Notes under the pieces: model-generated
Told to the model about the DNA's origin: nothing
Seen by the model: the letters and a program-made list of their open reading frames with translations, nothing else
Database searches by the model: none
DNA from: Nostoc sp. DedSLP01
GTDB lineage: Bacteria > Cyanobacteriota > Cyanobacteriia > Cyanobacteriales > Nostocaceae
Length of the DNA: 64,000 nucleotides
Direction of reading: 5' to 3'
Assembly (NCBI GenBank): GCA_034530875.2
Contig: JAVRCJ020000002.1
Location: forward strand, 256,001-320,000
In this document: positions 21,206 through 31,842 of the stretch, one piece after another
Layout of the letters: every line of letters starts with the position of its first letter
Numbering within the stretch: position 1 is the stretch's first letter
Program-made: the position numbers and the translations under genes

Positions 21206-21242
21206 CTGCCATGCTATTTTTTAATGCATGGCAGATTTTTTA
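21206..21242 (+). terminator. Intrinsic terminator after hetP
   Basis: CTGCCATGC-N11-GCATGGCAG followed by ATTTTTT. Confidence 0.65.
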
Positions 21243-21441
21243 TAAATCTGCCAACATGGCAAATATACATTGATGAAATTGGTAAACTAACAATAAGAAC
21301 TTCAATCGCAATAGAGGTGATTACCAAACAAGTTAATTTAAAAAATAAAATCAATGATTAATTTTTAACATGAAATACATCCAACTGATTATGAAAGTAG
21401 TCAAGATTTCATGTAAGAGATAATTTATAAACCAAGACGGA

Positions 21442-21591
21442 TAAGTAGACGGACATAATTAAATGTAAAATCCAAAGCAGTAAAACCTTTTACTCTTGAA
21501 GATTTTACCTTCTGGAGGCAGCGCGTTACGGGGGTTTCCCCCGTTGTAGCGACTGCCGTCCTTCTGCCTTCTGTCTCCTGCCTTCTACTTA
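21442..21591. mobile_element. MITE-like element (TAAGTAG...CTACTTA) containing a 46-bp small dispersed repeat at 21514-21559
   Basis: Short terminal inverted repeat; internal GGAGGCAGCGCGTTACGGGGGTTTCCCCCGTTGTAGCGACTGCCGT is related to the repeats at 48889. Confidence 0.6.
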
Positions 21592-22004
21592 ATAAAACCG
21601 TTACTACTGGTGGTTCTGTTTCCAGGAAAGTCTCATCTGAGAGAATTTGGAGAGGTGGCTTTTCCAAATCTAAACTTAATATAGCTTTCTATATTGTGGT
21701 TGGTGTTGCTTTAGATAATAAAGCAAACGCTTAGCACCAACGCCAAGAACGGAAATAGAAAAGTTACGGTGAAATTTTTATCGTGGTTGGTAGATTTTAG
21801 AGCTAACACGCTTCTCTTTCGACTATTGAAATCCTAGTCCTCCCAAACTGGATTATCTCTAGTTTATAAACTTTCAATTTATATAACGATCGCTGGAAGT
21901 TAAAAACTTAAATAACTTCCAGTTTTTTATCGCAAATAAAAATAGACCGGACAAATTAATTGCCCAGCCTGTTTTTACACAATTATAGTTAATCCAAAAA
22001 CGAA

Positions 22005-22712
22005 TTAAACCTTAGCTAATTCTGGAACGGGACGCTTGCTGTTGCGAATTGATGTAATCGCCTCAGCGTAATCCTTGGCGTTAAATACAGCTGAACCAGC
22101 AACCACCGCATTTGCTCCGGCTTCCAAAACTTGCCAGGTATTATTAGCCTTGAGACCTCCATCCACTTCAATCCAGGGGTCAAGACCGCGTTCGTCGCAC
22201 ATTTGGCGCAGCTTTTGGATTTTGGGTAATACGCCAGGGATAAAGCTTTGACCGCCAAAACCAGGGTTGACGCTCATAATTAGTACTAAATCACACAAAT
22301 CTAGAACGTATTCAATTAACTCTAGAGGAGTGCCAGGGTTAAGTACGACTCCAGCTTTTTTACCAAGCTCTTTAATTTGGCCTAAGGTGCGGTGTAAGTG
22401 TGGCGAAGCATTATGTTCTGCATGTACAGAGATAATATCAGCACCGGCCTTAGCAAATCCCTCTACATACTTTTCTGGTTCCACAATCATCAAGTGGACA
22501 TCCAATGGCTTGGTCGTGACTGGACGAATCGCCTCCACAACCAGAGGGCCTATCGTAATATTAGGTACAAAACGACCGTCCATTACATCAACATGAATCC
22601 AATCGGCTCCAGCTTGGTCTACGGCACGAACTTCGTCACCCAGACGGCTAAAATCCGCTGATAAGATAGATGGAGCAATTACAATGGGCTTTTGAGATGA
22701 GTTTTGGGTCAT
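22005..22712 (-). CDS. rpe: Ribulose-phosphate 3-epimerase
   Basis: [36 protein letters not shown]. Confidence 0.98.
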   Translation of the reverse strand: MTQNSSQKPIVIAPSILSADFSRLGDEVRAVDQAGADWIHVDVMDGRFVPNITIGPLVVEAIRPVTTKPLDVHLMIVEPEKYVEGFAKAGADIISVHAEHNASPHLHRTLGQIKELGKKAGVVLNPGTPLELIEYVLDLCDLVLIMSVNPGFGGQSFIPGVLPKIQKLRQMCDERGLDPWIEVDGGLKANNTWQVLEAGANAVVAGSAVFNAKDYAEAITSIRNSKRPVPELAKV

Positions 22713-22902
22713 GGTTAATGGGTTTTCAAGCGTCCTCGTCTGTAATTATTGTAACCAAATATTGAGCCAGATCTCATAATTTTTTGGAGTGGAAAATGAG
22801 AGAGCAGGGGAGGCAAGGGAAGCAGAGCAAAAGGTTAAGGGGAAAAGGGAAAACGAATAAATTTAATCTTTCCCCTTTACCCCTTTCCCTTTCCCGATTC
22901 CT

Positions 22903-22951
22903 AATGACTAATGACTAACGACTAATGACTAATGACTAATAACTAATGACT
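22903..22951. repeat. STRR (AATGACT)n
   Basis: Tandem heptamers running into the S8 start codon. Confidence 0.8.
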
Positions 22952-24541
22952 AAAAAACTAAGTTGGATAATTTGGGGATTGAGTGCTTCGTGTCTGAGTG
23001 CGCCAGTAATTGCTTCAGTTTTAGAATCTCCTTTGGGAACTAACGGCATTGACGTTCTTAAGTTACACCAAGCTCCTTATAATTTAATCGGTCGCAAGAT
23101 TGCTATTGGTCAGGTCGAAATCGGCCGGCCGGGAATGTTTGGGTGGGATAAGGCAGTGTCTAAAAACCGTGCCATATCTTTAGCTGCGGTGTTTTTACGC
23201 AATGGCCCGGCGAAGTCTAATAGCGGTGTTGATTCCCATGCATACAATGTTGCTGGTGTGATGGTAAGCCGAGACAAAGGCATACCAGGCGTTGCTCCGG
23301 GAGCGCGACTTTACTCGTCTGCTGTCGGTTCCACTAAAAATATGGGTCAGCCAGAAGAGTGTTTATCAGCCCAGCACATAGCGCTGCAAAATGGTGGTGA
23401 CGTCCGGGCAATTAACTTTAGCTTTGGCGAACCTCTCAGTCGCGACCCTCGACCGCAAGCTACTTTAGACGGGAATGCTTTATTAACTTTATGTATTGAC
23501 TGGTCTAGTCGCGTCCATGATGTTTTGTATGCGATCGCTGGCAACCAGGGAAAAGGGGGGATTCCCATTCCTACAGATAATTTTAACGGAATCAACGTGG
23601 CTTTTTCATCTCGCAGGGGCGGGATTTTTAATAAAGTAGATGTTGCTAATCTGGCTGGGGTTAATCAAGGAGCGAGTGTGCGACTAGCTGGGAAGGAGTT
23701 TAACATTGGCGGGCGTCGCGCTATCGGTTTAGTTGCTCCTGGTAATAACATTACTTTACTTAATCCAGATGGCAAATCGAACAAGGTCACGGGGACAAGT
23801 TTTGCAGCACCTCAAGTTACTGCTAGCGTTGCTTTGTTGCAGGAACTTGGCGATTGCCAGATGCGAACAAAACAACCGCATTGGAGTACGGATTCTCGAC
23901 GCCATCAAGTGATGAAAGCTGTATTGCTCAATTCAGCAGACAAAATCCAAGATAGCGGCGACGGTCTGCGTTTGGGAATGACTCGGACGCTAATTGATAA
24001 ACAAAATCAAAATTGGCTTGCTTCTGATGCTTACAAAGATGCAAAAATTCCTTTGGACGCTCAAATGGGAGCCGGTCATTTAAATGTATTTCGCGCTTAT
24101 CAGCAATTTAATGCTGGTCAATGGCAGCCATCAGATACAACGCCGCCTATTGGTTGGGATTATCGCACAATCAATGTTGGAAGCTCTATTGATTATGGGT
24201 TAGCGAAACCGTTAAAGCAGGGTAGTTTTGTCGCGATTACTTTAACTTGGGATCGATTGGTAGAACTTAATGATACCAATAAAAATCAGCAGTATGACGT
24301 GAATGAAAATTTTCGCGATCGCGGTTTGAATAATCTCGACCTCTACTTAGTAAAAGCTAATGCTAAAAGCTTAGATGATGGTGTTGTTTGTTCTTCAATC
24401 AGCCAAATCGATAGCATAGAACATATTTTCTGCCCTGTTGCTGCTACTGGAAATTACAAAATCCGCGTCCAGTTTCGTCAACAGTTAAATCAAGCGACTC
24501 AACCATATAGTTTAGCTTGGTGGAGCGTGCCTATTAATTGA
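22946..24541 (+). CDS. Secreted S8 (subtilisin-like) serine peptidase
   Basis: Signal peptide, DSHAYNVAGV (His), AIAGN (oxyanion Asn), GTSFAAPQV (Ser), C-terminal beta domain (LTW...NLDLYL...IEHI). Confidence 0.88.
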   Translation: MTKKLSWIIWGLSASCLSAPVIASVLESPLGTNGIDVLKLHQAPYNLIGRKIAIGQVEIGRPGMFGWDKAVSKNRAISLAAVFLRNGPAKSNSGVDSHAYNVAGVMVSRDKGIPGVAPGARLYSSAVGSTKNMGQPEECLSAQHIALQNGGDVRAINFSFGEPLSRDPRPQATLDGNALLTLCIDWSSRVHDVLYAIAGNQGKGGIPIPTDNFNGINVAFSSRRGGIFNKVDVANLAGVNQGASVRLAGKEFNIGGRRAIGLVAPGNNITLLNPDGKSNKVTGTSFAAPQVTASVALLQELGDCQMRTKQPHWSTDSRRHQVMKAVLLNSADKIQDSGDGLRLGMTRTLIDKQNQNWLASDAYKDAKIPLDAQMGAGHLNVFRAYQQFNAGQWQPSDTTPPIGWDYRTINVGSSIDYGLAKPLKQGSFVAITLTWDRLVELNDTNKNQQYDVNENFRDRGLNNLDLYLVKANAKSLDDGVVCSSISQIDSIEHIFCPVAATGNYKIRVQFRQQLNQATQPYSLAWWSVPIN

Positions 24542-24921
24542 AGTAACAATTCACAACTACACATCAAAGTCAAACAAGAGGAAATAGGAAATAATCAAGA
24601 GCAATTGTCTATTATCATTGTGTAAATAATTATGTTAGATTACTGATTTGATGATTGCGTAGTCTACAATACGTTTATATATGTAGGCGAGTTTCAAAAT
24701 CAAAATTTTCGATTGCTGCTTTACACAGCTGACTCAAGCAGCAACTCGGAATTCGCAAGCCTCAAATTTTTGTTTAATTTCTCTGACCAAGTTACTTGCT
24801 GTTACAAAAACTGTAACAGTGCCATTCTTCTATTACCGCAAGTGCAATATTTGATTGTTGACACGGTTTGACGTCAACCCTGAGACACAGACTAACAATC
24901 TTTGGCAAGTGAGGTAGCAGA

Positions 24922-26256
24922 ATGAATCGGCAAAAATTGAGTGGAATGAAAGAAAATTTTCTGCAAAGACGTTACGGAGTTAGTCTTGGCAGACGTTATG
25001 TTCTAGCAGCTGCAAGCGTTGTTCTCTTCGGTGTATTAGGGTGTTCTCAGGTCGATAGTAATAAAAGTGCCCTTGCCCAATCTAGTTTACCTCAGCCAGA
25101 AACTCCATTGGAAAAAAAAACAGCCAAAACTGATACTAAAATTGTTGAGTCTAGCAATAAGTTTGGCTTCAAACTTTTTTCCGAAGTATACAAAAGTGAT
25201 GGTACAGGAAAAAATATTTTTATCTCACCTTCAAGCGTAGCGATCGCCCTAGCTATGACCTACAATGGCGCTAGCGGTTCGACTCAACAAGCAATGGCAA
25301 AAACCCTGGAATTACAGGGGATAAATCTCTCAGAAATTAACTCTGCTTACGCCGCAACATTAAAGCAGCTTTTAGACAATTCCGATGCCAAAGTACAATT
25401 GAAGATTGCTAACTCACTTTGGGCAAATAAAGATGTGAAATTTCAGCCAGACTTCCTTCAAAGAGCAGAGGATTTCTATCAAGCCAAGGTCAGCAATCTC
25501 AACTTCCAGGATCCTACAGCCATCAATACTATTAACAATTGGGTAAAAGATAATACTAATGGCAAAATTGCTAAAATAGTCGAACAAATCCAACCCAATC
25601 AAGTGTTGTTTCTGATTAATGCCATATATTTTAAGGGTAAATGGAGCCAAGAATTTGACAAAAATCAAACTGTAAAATACCCGTTTTACATTACATCTAG
25701 CAGACAAAAACAACATCCAATGATGTCACAAGATGGTGACTACAGATATTATGAAAACCAACAATTTCAGGCAGTGAGTTTACCTTACGGTAAAGATGGT
25801 AAATTCAGTTTTTATATTTTCCTACCCAAACAAACCTCTAACCTCAAAGCGTTTTATCAAAACTTGAATGCTGAAAACTGGGAAAAATGGATGACTCAGT
25901 TCAACAAACAAAAAGGCTTTATTCGCTTACCCCGCTTTAAAACAGAATACGATGTTACACTTAACAACGCTTTGAAAGCTTTAGGGATGGAGGAAGCTTT
26001 CACTAATAAAGCTAATTTTTCTGGCATGGGTAGAAATTTTACCATTAGCCAAGTTAAGCATAAAACTTTCGTAGAAGTGAATGAAGAAGGCACCGAAGCG
26101 GCAGCCGCAACTTCTGTAGGAATAGTAGCAACATCAGCTTTCAGACCAGAACCACAACCATTCCGAATGATTGTCGATCGCCCCTTCTTTTGTGCCATTA
26201 GAGATAATCAAACGGGAAGCATTTTGTTTATGGGTTCAATAACTGACCCGCAGTAA
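24922..26256 (+). CDS. Serpin, probable lipoprotein
   Basis: NIFISPSS, NAIYFKGKW, hinge EEGTEAAAAT, DRPFF..IRD..TGSILFMG; lipobox-like VLGC. Confidence 0.95.
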   Translation: MNRQKLSGMKENFLQRRYGVSLGRRYVLAAASVVLFGVLGCSQVDSNKSALAQSSLPQPETPLEKKTAKTDTKIVESSNKFGFKLFSEVYKSDGTGKNIFISPSSVAIALAMTYNGASGSTQQAMAKTLELQGINLSEINSAYAATLKQLLDNSDAKVQLKIANSLWANKDVKFQPDFLQRAEDFYQAKVSNLNFQDPTAINTINNWVKDNTNGKIAKIVEQIQPNQVLFLINAIYFKGKWSQEFDKNQTVKYPFYITSSRQKQHPMMSQDGDYRYYENQQFQAVSLPYGKDGKFSFYIFLPKQTSNLKAFYQNLNAENWEKWMTQFNKQKGFIRLPRFKTEYDVTLNNALKALGMEEAFTNKANFSGMGRNFTISQVKHKTFVEVNEEGTEAAAATSVGIVATSAFRPEPQPFRMIVDRPFFCAIRDNQTGSILFMGSITDPQ

Positions 26257-26278
26257 AAAGGACAAGGAGACAAGGGGA

Positions 26279-27442
26279 CTAAGGTAATGTCGCTTCCGAA
26301 ATGCTGAGAGTATTTTTACTATCAGGTTTTGGAGGTTCGTTTGCAGCGATTCCTTCTGTGGTGCATTCTTGAGTTTCACTAACCAACCCTTCAGGACGCA
26401 GGGCGCTTAAAGCGGTCTTAATGACAACAGCTGTAGGAACTGCCACAATTACACCCAAAAGTCCGCCAATCCTTGCTCCTGTCAAGACTGAAATTAACAC
26501 CCAAACAGGGTTTAAGCCAGTAAAACTACCTAAAATTCTAGGAGCAATTAAATTTTCGAGAATTTGTTGCACGATTACTGCTGCAATTACAACTCTCACA
26601 CCCATTGAAAAATCTTGCAGCGCCACTAATAACGTAGTGAGAACGATGCCGACAGAACCCCCAAAGGGTACGAGAGCCATGATGCCGATAGTTAAACCAA
26701 ATAGCAAACCAAATGGTACTTTCAGCCACAGAAAACTCGGAATCAAGGCCGAGGCCATACAGGTAGATAAAATTAGCTGAGTGATGAAGAAATTTTGGAA
26801 GCTCAAGCGGACGGTTTTGGAGAAAGGATCTCGAAATCTAGCAGGTAGCCAATCCACTAGACTTTCCCAAAGTTCGCCTCCATGCTGTAAAAGATAGAAA
26901 GTTAAAACCATCGTCAAGAGAAAATCTAGCAGGCTAGTGAATGTAACTACTGCCAGATTTAAAACTTGTCCGGCGATCGCTTGCAATTGTCCCTTAACGC
27001 GATCGTTGATTTGCACCACCAAAGCATCGAGGTTGATGGGCAAGCCGAAAGTCTCAGCTTTTTCGTTTAGAATCATGAGCTGAGAACGTCCAGAGTCAAT
27101 TAACTCCGGCAAACGAGCCACTAGTTGCTGAGCTTGGGTGAGGGCTAGAGGAAAAAGTGTCACACCCAACGCCAATAAAATCGATAAAGCTAAGAGAAAT
27201 ACTAAAATAGCAACTTGCTCTCGCCTCGCACCATGACGTTCCATCCAACTTACGGGGTAGTTGAGGAGAAAAGCTAGTACTGAGGCTCCGACTAAAATGA
27301 CTATGAGAGAATGGAAATAATTAAAAAATACCGAAATTGCCCAACCATTAAGAACTAGCAGCGGAGCGAATAACGCGATCGCTGTAATTCGCGCTATTGG
27401 TGTAAATGTCTGCCACCAGTCGAGTAGCTTGCGTGTCTGCAT
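26279..27442 (-). CDS. AI-2E (PerM) family transporter
   Basis: AFLLNYPV, ALVPFGG, QQILENLIAPRILG..GLNP. Confidence 0.9.
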   Translation of the reverse strand: MQTRKLLDWWQTFTPIARITAIALFAPLLVLNGWAISVFFNYFHSLIVILVGASVLAFLLNYPVSWMERHGARREQVAILVFLLALSILLALGVTLFPLALTQAQQLVARLPELIDSGRSQLMILNEKAETFGLPINLDALVVQINDRVKGQLQAIAGQVLNLAVVTFTSLLDFLLTMVLTFYLLQHGGELWESLVDWLPARFRDPFSKTVRLSFQNFFITQLILSTCMASALIPSFLWLKVPFGLLFGLTIGIMALVPFGGSVGIVLTTLLVALQDFSMGVRVVIAAVIVQQILENLIAPRILGSFTGLNPVWVLISVLTGARIGGLLGVIVAVPTAVVIKTALSALRPEGLVSETQECTTEGIAANEPPKPDSKNTLSISEATLP

Positions 27443-27551
27443 TTTCAGCTGATTGCGGAATAGAACAAGATTAAATCTTTCTTTACAGTTTATTATCTCT
27501 AACTATACGAGTCTTATTCATCCTTCTAGTTTAGGAGTTAGACTAAGCCCA

Positions 27552-28037
27552 ATGGAAAATTATCAAAAGAGTGGGGAGTGGGGAATGGGGAATGGGGAGT
27601 GGAGAGCAGGGGGAGCAGGGGAGGCAGGGGGAGCAGGGGGAGCAGGGGAAGAAATAAGCAATGCCCGATGCCCGATGCCCGATGCCCCATACCTCATGTC
27701 CAAAACACAGTTACTTTTATATTTAATTCCAATTATTGGTTTTTTCCCATCTCTGTGGACTCTTTATCGCCGCCAGGGAACTCAGGAACAACTCGCTGTT
27801 AGTCGTCTGTCTATTACTTTGGCACTTACTTGGCTGTTGGGATATTTATTATTGGCTACCGGAGCAGCAACTTCCGATTTTTTAACACTACGTTTATTTA
27901 TCCTCAATAGTTTTCTCACTTCAGGTTACTTTTTAGTGAGTGTCTGGTTGATTTTCCGGTTGATGCAAGGCAAATCTGGGCGTTTACCAGGGTTTAGTAG
28001 TTTAGCAGGACGGGTAATTGGGAAGTATTTATCTTAA
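27552..28037 (+). CDS. Hypothetical membrane protein with in-frame STRR insertion near the N-terminus
   Basis: Hydrophobic core from SKTQLLLYLIPIIGFFPSLW. ATG 27552 (or 27696) are plausible starts. Confidence 0.7.
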   Translation: MENYQKSGEWGMGNGEWRAGGAGEAGGAGGAGEEISNARCPMPDAPYLMSKTQLLLYLIPIIGFFPSLWTLYRRQGTQEQLAVSRLSITLALTWLLGYLLLATGAATSDFLTLRLFILNSFLTSGYFLVSVWLIFRLMQGKSGRLPGFSSLAGRVIGKYLS

Positions 28038-28311
28038 TTAGTTTCAGGTAATAATTAACAGTATTTTCACTTAGATAGAAAAAATTATAATTGTTTTCTT
28101 CATACTATCTAGTCAAATCCAGTTTATTATTGCCATACTTCAGTAAAACATCTCCAGATTTACCCAAAAAAAAGAAAAATGCTGCTATAAGTGTTGTGGT
28201 TGACACTACATTAAAAAAGTTAGCACTAATAATTAAGAGTTAGGTATTATGGGTTGATTTGTCTGCATATTTTTAGCCTGCAAATTTACGGAATTTGATT
28301 ATTGAGTAAGT

Positions 28312-29745
28312 GTGAGGAAGTCTGTGACCATTCAAAGAAGTTCGGCAGAAGAAAACCAATCAGGAAAAGGCTCAAAGTCCATTAAAAAAATTAAGAGCAA
28401 CTCCAAATCCGGACGTTGGCTGTGGTTTTGGGTTGGTATGAGTGGGATTGCAATGGTGTCAGCAACCGCGGGGGCGTTGTTGGCAGTTTCTTTGACTAGT
28501 ACGCCTTTGCAGCAAGCCCAGCTCAGCGCCAAGGAAAAAGAGGTGTTTGATAGCGATCGCATCTCTGGAGGCGTGCTGCGATTTTCAGAATTAACTCGCC
28601 CGGTTAATTTGTTAGTTATGGGTATGAGCGTACTACCGCCAGATATCCAAAACCCTCCTGATGAAACTAAAGATCTGAAATACCTGCCCCAAGTCAACTC
28701 CTTTGATGGTCTTTCCGATGTGATGCTCTTGGCCAAATTCGATCCAGAGACAAAAAAAATAGTTATGCTCTCCATTCCCAGAGATACCCGCACAGAAATA
28801 GAGGGATTTGGAGTCAAAAAAATTAATGCTGCCAATGTTGATGGCGGGCCGGCTTTGACTGCGAAAACTGTCAGCAATCTCTTAGGCGGTGTGGGAATCG
28901 ATCGCTATGTGCGAATTAACGTTTTGGGAGTTGGTAAGCTGATTGATGCTTTAGGTGGCGTCACAGTCTACGTCCCCAAAGATATGAAGTATCAAGATGA
29001 TTCTCAGCATTTATACATCAATTTGAAAGCGGGTAAGCAACATCTCAACGGCGATCAGGCACTACAATTACTACGTTTTCGCCATGACGAACTCGGAGAT
29101 ATCGGTCGGATTCAACGACAGCAAATGGTGATGCGTGCTTTGATGGATCAGACTCTCAACCCGGCTACTGTCGCTCAATTACCTAAAGTTCTCGATGTTG
29201 TCAAAGAACACATTGATACGAACTTAACAGTTGAAGAGTTAGTAGCACTATTGGGCTTTGGAGTGCGGACAAATCGCTCGAATATGCAGATGTTAATGCT
29301 ACCAGGCCGCTTTAGCGAGAAGAATGAGTTTGAAGCTAGCTATTGGTTGCCAAGCAAACGTGGGATTGCCAAACTCATGGCTGGGCACTTTGGTCTGGAA
29401 TCAGCAGAACAAGAACAGCAGATGAGCGAGCCACAGTCTTTACGTGTAGCAATTCAAGATAGTACAGGTGGCGATCGCTCTAACCTCGAACCGTTAATTA
29501 GAGCCTTGGAAAAATCTGGATATCGCAACATTTATATAGCCAAGGCATGGGGCGAACCTTTAGAGGTAACTCATATTGTTGCCCAACAAGGAGATAGCGA
29601 CAGTGCCGAATCAATTCGCAACACTTTGGGATTTGGAGAAGTACGTGTCGAAAGTACTGGTAACCTTGGTTCCGATATCAGTATCCAAGTCGGTCAAGAT
29701 TGGTTGCAACAAAAATCTATTTTGGAGAAATCGCTCACGCCCTAA
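28312..29745 (+). CDS. LCP (LytR-CpsA-Psr) family protein with LytR_C domain
   Basis: SDVMLL, SIPRDT, KINAA, RFRHDELGDIGRIQRQQ, DISIQVGQDW. Confidence 0.93.
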   Translation: MRKSVTIQRSSAEENQSGKGSKSIKKIKSNSKSGRWLWFWVGMSGIAMVSATAGALLAVSLTSTPLQQAQLSAKEKEVFDSDRISGGVLRFSELTRPVNLLVMGMSVLPPDIQNPPDETKDLKYLPQVNSFDGLSDVMLLAKFDPETKKIVMLSIPRDTRTEIEGFGVKKINAANVDGGPALTAKTVSNLLGGVGIDRYVRINVLGVGKLIDALGGVTVYVPKDMKYQDDSQHLYINLKAGKQHLNGDQALQLLRFRHDELGDIGRIQRQQMVMRALMDQTLNPATVAQLPKVLDVVKEHIDTNLTVEELVALLGFGVRTNRSNMQMLMLPGRFSEKNEFEASYWLPSKRGIAKLMAGHFGLESAEQEQQMSEPQSLRVAIQDSTGGDRSNLEPLIRALEKSGYRNIYIAKAWGEPLEVTHIVAQQGDSDSAESIRNTLGFGEVRVESTGNLGSDISIQVGQDWLQQKSILEKSLTP

Positions 29746-30811
29746 AGGTTACGGCCGCAGCTGACACCGAGTTTACTGCTTGAGTGAGTTCTTGGAGTTT
29801 AGCTGCTACCACACCATTAGTAAATAATTCTTCTGCCTTAGCCAAACCCTCTGGCATATTTGGACAAATACCACTCCGCCATAGATAAAATCCGCCATTC
29901 CACAAAGCGGTTTGCATTAATTCTCCTGGTTTGCCTGCTAAAACATCTTGAATATCCGCCACCAGTTCTTCAGTAGTTCCCAGGGGTACATTTTTGGTTG
30001 TAAAGCCGTAATCGCGCGGTACAAGATGCAATCTTTCTATCTCTGGGGATGCTACCGATGAAGATAAGCCGACGATCGCAGTGCGATCGCGCGGTAAGTC
30101 ACAACTACCTTCCAATCCCTTCACCAACGTAAATTTTGTTACTCCCCGCAGCTCTAAAGCTATCTGAAACATCCCTTCAGTCGGCGGATGAACAAACCCG
30201 GAAATTATATGAGCATCGCCAGCATAAGGACACCAAATTAGCTCCATTGTTGCAAAAGGCGGACGTTTGCCAAGTTGGTCGCGGTACTCCCAAATACTTA
30301 AACTTAAGGGGAAATGCTGAGGCAAATAAATAAAGCCAATTCCCGTTTCTGCAAACACTTGCTGGGTTTTTGCTAGCGGTAAGGCAGTCCAATCGACTCC
30401 TAAACCCTGCCAAATATCTATTAAAGGTAACCCGTACTTAGTTGGCAAGCGATCGCCTCCGTGCATTATCGCTGGTTGTCCGGCGGCGGCAAGTAACAAA
30501 GCTGTCACTGGGCTAATTGGTGCAGTGCGGGTTCTGCCATCGTAAGGGACGCCCAAAACGATTGGTAGGCGTTCAGAAACGATTGGTTGCAGTTTTGGTC
30601 CCAGTTCATAATACGCATCCAACATTCCTGCTAACTCTTCTCCCGTGGGGCGCTTGATGCGATGAGCAATCAAAAACGCTCCTATTTGGGCTGGTGTAGC
30701 TTCACCAAGCAGCATCATTTTAGTAGCGGTGGCTGCTTGGGCGCGAGTTAAATTTTCGGCTGTATGGTTACCGCTGCCTACTTTTTGCACAAATTCCCTA
30801 AAATTGGTCAT
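29735..30811 (-). CDS. cnaT: Anthranilate phosphoribosyltransferase-like protein CnaT
   Basis: QIGAFLIAHRIKR, YDGRTRT, GFVHPPTE; directly downstream of ntcB, as recalled for Anabaena. Confidence 0.8.
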   Translation of the reverse strand: MTNFREFVQKVGSGNHTAENLTRAQAATATKMMLLGEATPAQIGAFLIAHRIKRPTGEELAGMLDAYYELGPKLQPIVSERLPIVLGVPYDGRTRTAPISPVTALLLAAAGQPAIMHGGDRLPTKYGLPLIDIWQGLGVDWTALPLAKTQQVFAETGIGFIYLPQHFPLSLSIWEYRDQLGKRPPFATMELIWCPYAGDAHIISGFVHPPTEGMFQIALELRGVTKFTLVKGLEGSCDLPRDRTAIVGLSSSVASPEIERLHLVPRDYGFTTKNVPLGTTEELVADIQDVLAGKPGELMQTALWNGGFYLWRSGICPNMPEGLAKAEELFTNGVVAAKLQELTQAVNSVSAAAVTFRA

Positions 30812-30894
30812 TAGTTATTAGTCCTTAGTCATTAGTCATTAGTTTAGTTAACAATAACCAATGCCCCATGCCCCATGCCCAATACCCATAAAAT

Positions 30895-31842
30895 TTAACT
30901 AGCCGATCGCTGCTGGTGAATTTGCAGTGGGATATTTTCCAGCACGAGTTGCCAAAAGTGCTTGATGGGAGGGATTTGCAGGCGGTCTTGAGTGGTGACC
31001 ATTACTACCCGACGAGTCAAACTAGAACTATCTTGTAAATTACCAGTACTATTGCTGGCTAGGGAACGAATTGCTAAAGTTGGGTCTTGGCGTGCTTCTA
31101 TTAATGCTGATTGAGGTAATAAAGCTATGAGTTCCCCTTGGCGCACTACTCCGCGGAAGGCATCTAGGGTATTTACCTCTAAAGCTGCTTGGAGTCTAGC
31201 CTCCATACGCTCAAATCTATCTTGTATCAAACGCTGCATCCCATAACCATCTTTAAAAACCACTTGCGGATAACGAATTAACTCTGACCAAGGGATAAAT
31301 TCATGTTGGGCTAGGGGATGATTGGCAGCGGCTAAAACTTCTATAGGTTCCTCGTAAAGTACTTCTAATACCATTTCTCTACCAGTAGTTAAGAAGCGAT
31401 TATTCATAACGATCGCTAAATCTACCAATCCATCTTTGAGGACTTTCAAGGCGCGATCGCTTCCTAATGAAGTCACCCGCAATTGCACATCTGGATAATC
31501 ATGACAAAACTGTTGCAACACTGGCGGTAAGTAAGAACCGCACAAGGAATGAATCGCCGCAATGCAAAGTTCTGGCTGTTTTCCGGCGATCAAATCGGCT
31601 AATTCTTCTGTAGCAGTCTGCCATTCTTGGCAAATTTTGCGGACGCGAGGTAGCAAACGTTCGCCTGCTAGCGTCAGCTTGGCATGGCTGGTTCTGTGAA
31701 ACAGTTCTGTTCCCAAATCAGCTTCTAGGGCTTGGATTTGGCGACTAATCGTCGATTGCGTAACACCAGATGTTCGCGCTGCTTGTTGAAAGCTGCCGGT
31801 TTGGGCGATCGCTAGAAAGGCTTGCAACTGCTCTAAGCGCAT
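30895..31842 (-). CDS. ntcB: LysR-type nitrate assimilation activator NtcB
   Basis: MRLEQLQAFLAIAQTGSFQQAA..QSTISRQIQ; SLGSDRALKVLKDGLVD; FKDGYGMQRL. Confidence 0.88.
   Translation of the reverse strand: MRLEQLQAFLAIAQTGSFQQAARTSGVTQSTISRQIQALEADLGTELFHRTSHAKLTLAGERLLPRVRKICQEWQTATEELADLIAGKQPELCIAAIHSLCGSYLPPVLQQFCHDYPDVQLRVTSLGSDRALKVLKDGLVDLAIVMNNRFLTTGREMVLEVLYEEPIEVLAAANHPLAQHEFIPWSELIRYPQVVFKDGYGMQRLIQDRFERMEARLQAALEVNTLDAFRGVVRQGELIALLPQSALIEARQDPTLAIRSLASNSTGNLQDSSSLTRRVVMVTTQDRLQIPPIKHFWQLVLENIPLQIHQQRSAS

Noticed and set aside
21425..21667. 80-aa minus-strand ORF
   Set aside because: Largely spans a MITE and a small dispersed repeat.
27453..27551. N-terminal extension of the 194-aa track ORF
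   Set aside because: TTG start 10 bp from a divergent gene leaves no promoter room; ATG 27552 is more plausible.
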